Shown here in pieces: positions 60,840 through 64,000 of a stretch of 64,000 bases of DNA (position 1 is its first letter; each line of letters opens with the position of its first letter). The DNA is taken from the NCBI GenBank assembly GCA_043228905.1, contig JBHGNT010000007.1, forward strand, positions 14,198,001-14,262,000, written 5' to 3'. The position numbers and the translations under genes were made by a program. The notes below the pieces were generated by a model. That model did not search any database, had not been told where the DNA came from, and saw only the letters and a program-made list of their open reading frames with translations. The stretch comes from Azolla caroliniana. Lineage: Eukaryota > Plantae > Polypodiophyta.

Positions 60840-62468
60840 TATGATGGTAGGTTTGGAATGGATGTCAATGGACGATTTAGGTGGGAGGTAAGGGTCACAC
60901 CCATAGAGTGCTCAAAAAGTGTTGATCCGTGTTGATGCATGTATGGATGTATTGTAGGCGTGGGTGATGAAAGGCAAGATTTTATCCTAGGTTTTGTGGC
61001 ATGGATCAATGTAAGCGGCAATCTCTTGCTTGAGGGTATTGTTGAGGCGTTCGGTGAGGCCATTTGTCTGCGGATGGTATGGGGACGTAAACACTTGTTG
61101 GACACCTAGTTGAGCTGCAACAACGTTGAGGACATCCTCATGAAACTAACAGCCTTGATTAGATAATAGTTGGACGGGGCAACCATGCTGAAATATTACC
61201 TTGTGCAAAAGTTGAGAGGCGATTATTGGCGCAATGACGTTAGGGATGGCAACGGTTTTAGCCTATTTGGTGAGGTATTCGATTATGACCAGGATATACT
61301 TGTTGCCCCCGGGGGTTTTGAGAAAAGGTCCCATGAAATCCCATCCGATGAGCTCGAAAGACAAGGTGACAATGACAGTGCCTATAGGTTTGATGTGTTG
61401 ACACAAAGCACATTGTTCAATGTAGGTAGACATAGAGTGCCACCTGTTGGGCTAGTAATACCTAAGGCGTAATTTTTCGACAACCTTGTGGAAACCCAAA
61501 TGGCCCGACAATGGGTGTTCGTGATAAAATTGGAGGTATGTTTGTTGTAGGGCACAAGGGATGTAGAGAAAAGGCTCATGATGGGCTTGAATGAAGAACA
61601 CAAAGTTATCGTGGAGCATGAACCCCCATTGTGAAGGAAATGGTTGGAGGGAGCGTAACTAATGGGGTATCTCTTGGATGGTTGGGTCGTGTTGCTGAAG
61701 TGTAGCGAGTTGTGGTAGTAGCAGCGGGAGACTTGATGACTCGGGGAGATTGGACAACCTAGAAATTGGCGTGAGAGACTATCAGCGACCAAATTGGTTA
61801 CACATTTCTGATAGGAGAGGGTAAATTGATAATCTTGGAGTGCCACTGTCCATTGCAACAAGTGACCCGAGGGGTGAGGTCGATTGATAATAGAAAGCTA
61901 GGGATGATGGTCAGTCTCAACCATAGCATGTCCGCCATGAAGGTTTGGGTGAAAACGTTGGAAAGACTAGACGATCGCAAGTAGTTCCTTCTCAGTGGTT
62001 GAGTAGTTGCATTCAGCCGGCGTGAGAGTTTGGCTAATGAAGGCGATTGCCTTTTCTTGCATGTGGCAATCGGCTTGTAGGAGGACGGCTCCTAACCCAT
62101 GGTTTGAGGCATCTATCTACAACGTGAACGACTTGTCAAAGTTTGGATGGGTGAGCAACCCCGATTCCTGGACCATTGTTTTGAGGCGATAAAAGTTGTC
62201 TTTGCGAGCAGGATCCCAAATGAATGACACATCTTTCTTCAAGAGCTTGTGAAGGGGGAAAGTGACAGAGGTGAGCTTCGGGATGAATCGAAGGGAAAAG
62301 GCGATCATGCCCAAAAAATGTTGCAATGTTTTTACTGAGGTGGGGTGGGGGTAGTGAATGATGACAACTACCTTTGCAAGGTCTATACAGATTCTGTCAC
62401 TAGAGATGATGAAGCTGAGAAAACGGAGGCTAGTGCTTCCCCATCGACACTTCTTCCATTGGAGTCGT
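60840..62468 (-). mobile_element. Old Ty3/gypsy pol fragment (RT end, RNase H, integrase); ends approximate
   Basis: QHFLGMIAFSLRFIP...LTHPNFDKSF (62117-62326); LQDYQFTLSY...NLVADSLSR (61382-61861). Confidence 0.8.
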
Positions 62469-62469
62469 T

Positions 62470-64000
62470 AGGATCTTGTCCCTCCTAATGGGAGAATTGG
62501 TTACCAAATGAGAGAAGTCAAAAGTCGAATTCTGGTCGGTTGACTAGATCGGTCAGCTAGTCAACTGATTGGAAGGAGTGGAGAGTCAACCATGGGGTTG
62601 ACCAGATCGACCAACGAGTCGACTTGTGGGTCAATTGAATCGATGATTTGTTGGCCAATGAGAGTATGAGTCAGAGGTGTGGACTGGAAAGAGTTAAGGA
62701 CGAACAATGTGTAAAAGCATCAACACTAGAGGAAGTAAACCTCTACACGATCAAGGAACCATGACCGGTGAACGGAGCTAAGGAGATGCCACCGGAGGAG
62801 AAGACGACAATGGTCGGTTTGCTAAAAGAATTCAAAGACATATTCACATGGCCGTACAAGGATATGCAGGGGATGGATCCGAAATTGTACCAATATCAGA
62901 TCCACCTTAATAAGGACGCAAAACCGGTAGCCCAGCACCGGCAACGTTCGAGAGAATCATAATGGAGATATTAAGGGATATATTCTAGCATTTATGCAAT
63001 TGTTCCTAGACGATTTCTCCGTATACAGCCATAAGGTGGACCATCTGGACCATCTCCGGATGTGTTTAGAGAAGTGTCGGACCGCCCGATTAAGCATGAA
63101 TCCCGCAAAGTGTGCATTTGGAGTCACAAGTGGAGCATTGTTGGGTCACATTGTCAGCAGGGACAGAATTGCGGTAGGTCCAAACAAGGTCAAGGCGATT
63201 TTAGAAGTATCGGTGCCAACAAATGCAAAAACATTAAGCCAATTTCTTGGACAAATCCAGTGGCATAACTGGATGCTCCGATATTTAGCAGACTTTGCCA
63301 CACCCCTACATGTTGTCGTGCACAGGTTGCCATTTAAATGGATGGAGCATGAAGACAAGCCGTACCAAGTAGAAGGTGATGTTATCGCAAGCTCCGGTAA
63401 TGCAGCCACCTGATTGGACGAAGGATTTCCACGTGTTTGTCGATGCATCGGATGTGGCGATCGGGAGTGTCTTGATGCAACTCACAGAGCCGAAATGGTA
63501 CCGGCTAGTGTATTACACAAGCCGGAACCTCTCGAAGGCCGAAAGAAATTATTCCACAGTGGAACGAGAAGCCCTAGGCATGGTATATAGTGTGGCCAAG
63601 TACTGACACTACATGTTAGGACGGAAGTTTTCGTTCCATGTCGATCATTCGACAGTGGTATGCCTGGTGTCCAAAGCTTCACTCATCGGGAAACTAGCCA
63701 GATGGACCTTATTGCGGCAAGAATTTGAGTTCGACATCTACCATCGACCCAGAGTGCAACATGTTGTTGCGTATTACTTACGCCGGTTGGAATCTGGCGA
63801 GTTCAGTGATGGTGTCTGGGATGAATTTTCACATGCACAATTGTTCAAAATCACCGTGGAAGAGTGTGGTATACATGGTGTCCAAAGCTTCACTCATCGG
63901 GAAACTAGCCAGATGAACCTTATTGCGGCAAGAATTTGAGTTCGACATCTACCATCGACCCAGAGTGCAACATGTTGTTGCGGATTACTTACGCCGGTTG
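62470..64000 (+). mobile_element. Old Ty3/gypsy pol fragment (RT, RNase H) from a different lineage; start approximate
   Basis: LLKEFKDIF, LFLDDFSVYS, FHVFVDASDVAIGSVL, AERNYSTVEREALG. Confidence 0.85.

Overview
Eukaryotic, plant-type heterochromatic DNA. About 90% is nested retrotransposon; the element types suggest a non-flowering land plant, which is an inference only. Letters are my labels. Nest 1: copia F contains copia A (-), which contains gypsy C (-) and gypsy B (+); B contains D, an intact and very young Tnt1/Tork-like copia. Nest 2: the (CT)n tract in the LTR of copia I holds an RTE/RTEX-like LINE and an L1 LINE (K); K contains Tork-like copia L, which contains copia H, which contains gypsy E, which contains solo LTR M. 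One probable host gene (57574-59659) encodes a protein I do not recognise, with about 7 His/Cys-containing repeats. Main finding: the three divergent Ty3/gypsy elements B, C and E share a tRNA-Trp primer site, a D-H-G protease motif and a hairpin before the PPT, and the lineage shows 4-bp TSDs (B, E, M). All three also carry a -1 ribosomal frameshift cassette (G_GAU_UUU, stop codon, H-type pseudoknot with covarying stem) placed after the protease, between Gag-PR and RT-RH-IN. All coordinates and counts were read by hand; no database searches were run.
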